Under the pieces are notes generated by a model that saw nothing but the letters and a program-made list of their open reading frames with translations, did no database searches and was not told where the DNA came from. This document shows positions 63,306-64,000 of a stretch of 64,000 nt of DNA, in pieces. This DNA comes from Negaprion brevirostris (Eukaryota): the NCBI GenBank assembly GCA_030324005.1, contig JARDVH010000121.1, positions 9,546,670 to 9,610,669 on the forward strand. Reading direction: 5' to 3'. Within the stretch, counting starts at the first letter, position 1; each line of letters starts with the position of its first letter. Position numbers and translations under genes: made by a program.

Positions 63306-64000
63306 ACTCTATCTTAGGCTAATCATCTCGAAGTTATTTACATCATGCAACTGTGAGCCATTCACCTAACTCATACTTCAGCAGAAGCAGAAGATGAGGT
63401 ATCTTTTCAACATTTCAAAATTGCATTTCATGTTCAACACAATCGCCATGCTTATCACAATTTCAATGCCGTTACCTGGGGAAAGACAGAAAATCTCCAT
63501 TTTCTGAATGCAGTGAATGCAAATTATGCCAGTAGAACTATGTGCATCCTTTTTCTTCATTTCTAGGAAATCTCGAATTGAAGAGCGAATTGGAAGAAAA
63601 TGGTAAGTCATGAAGGGAGGTAAATTATTTCGGGTCGTCTGCGTATTGAGGGGGAGTCTCTAAATTTGGGTGCATTACTCTTCCTCCACATTTTTGTCAC
63701 TTCACCGCGGGTGGCTACTTCGGCAACAAAATAAAAGTGATATCATTGCGCATACCATCCGTTCAAATGTGTTAACTTGAATGCATTAAAATTGGCAAAA
63801 ATATGAAATATTTGTATAGGAAAGTAAAACAACAGGGTTAAAGAGACAAAAAAAATCCTCTAAGGCATGCCAATGAAATTGGAAGTAGGTACTTGGATAC
63901 ACAAAATAATAATTTAGGCTATCCAGATTTGCCAACCAGACGCCAAACAGATTGTGGGGGATATGACTTTTCACCACTGCTATAAAAGCTAGGGGCAGTG

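Larger units (their letters stand above)
60714..63602 (+). pseudogene. Decayed VJ-TM gene with short phase-1 cytoplasmic exons, probably continuing beyond the window
   Basis: V-like about 60714-60985 (MLQGSSVKIN...RDA...G./KLKVH); TM-like about 61115-61200 (LSAGIILLFALVLK); exons 62558-62584 (QKIPLQLE) and 63567-63602 (NLELKSELEEN) with strong acceptors and GT donors. Confidence 0.35.

Noticed and set aside
1-64000. CRISPR array, operon or prokaryotic defence system
   Set aside because: There is no repeat-spacer periodicity and no dense coding. The content is vertebrate LINE/SINE DNA with spliceosomal signals.

Overview
This is eukaryotic DNA from a gapped draft assembly (12 N-runs), most likely an elasmobranch (shark or ray). 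The basis is HE1-type V-SINEs and shark-type CR1 3' tails. I found no intact protein-coding gene. The long ORFs in the track come from a (TTCC)n tract, N-gaps or retroelement debris. A large share of the window is decayed retroelements: CR1 LINEs (one near full length, with SGNH-esterase ORF1), a Rex1/Babar-like LINE, HE1 SINEs and Penelope-like remnants. There is also a tandem segmental duplication at 44.7-53.3 kb. Between the repeats, manual translation across frameshifts and splice signals suggests a dense cluster of about 10 heavily decayed immunoglobulin-superfamily receptor genes on both strands. They include Siglec/PILR-like V genes, germline VJ-type V + C1 + TM genes, V+C apparently in one exon, and a V-C1 gene ending in an ITIM. 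One Ig-light-chain-like V segment has an octamer-like motif, a leader and a degenerate recombination signal. These gene calls are by-eye reconstructions across stops and frameshifts and need frameshift-aware homology searches. The region also appears to lack the usual vertebrate CpG depletion.
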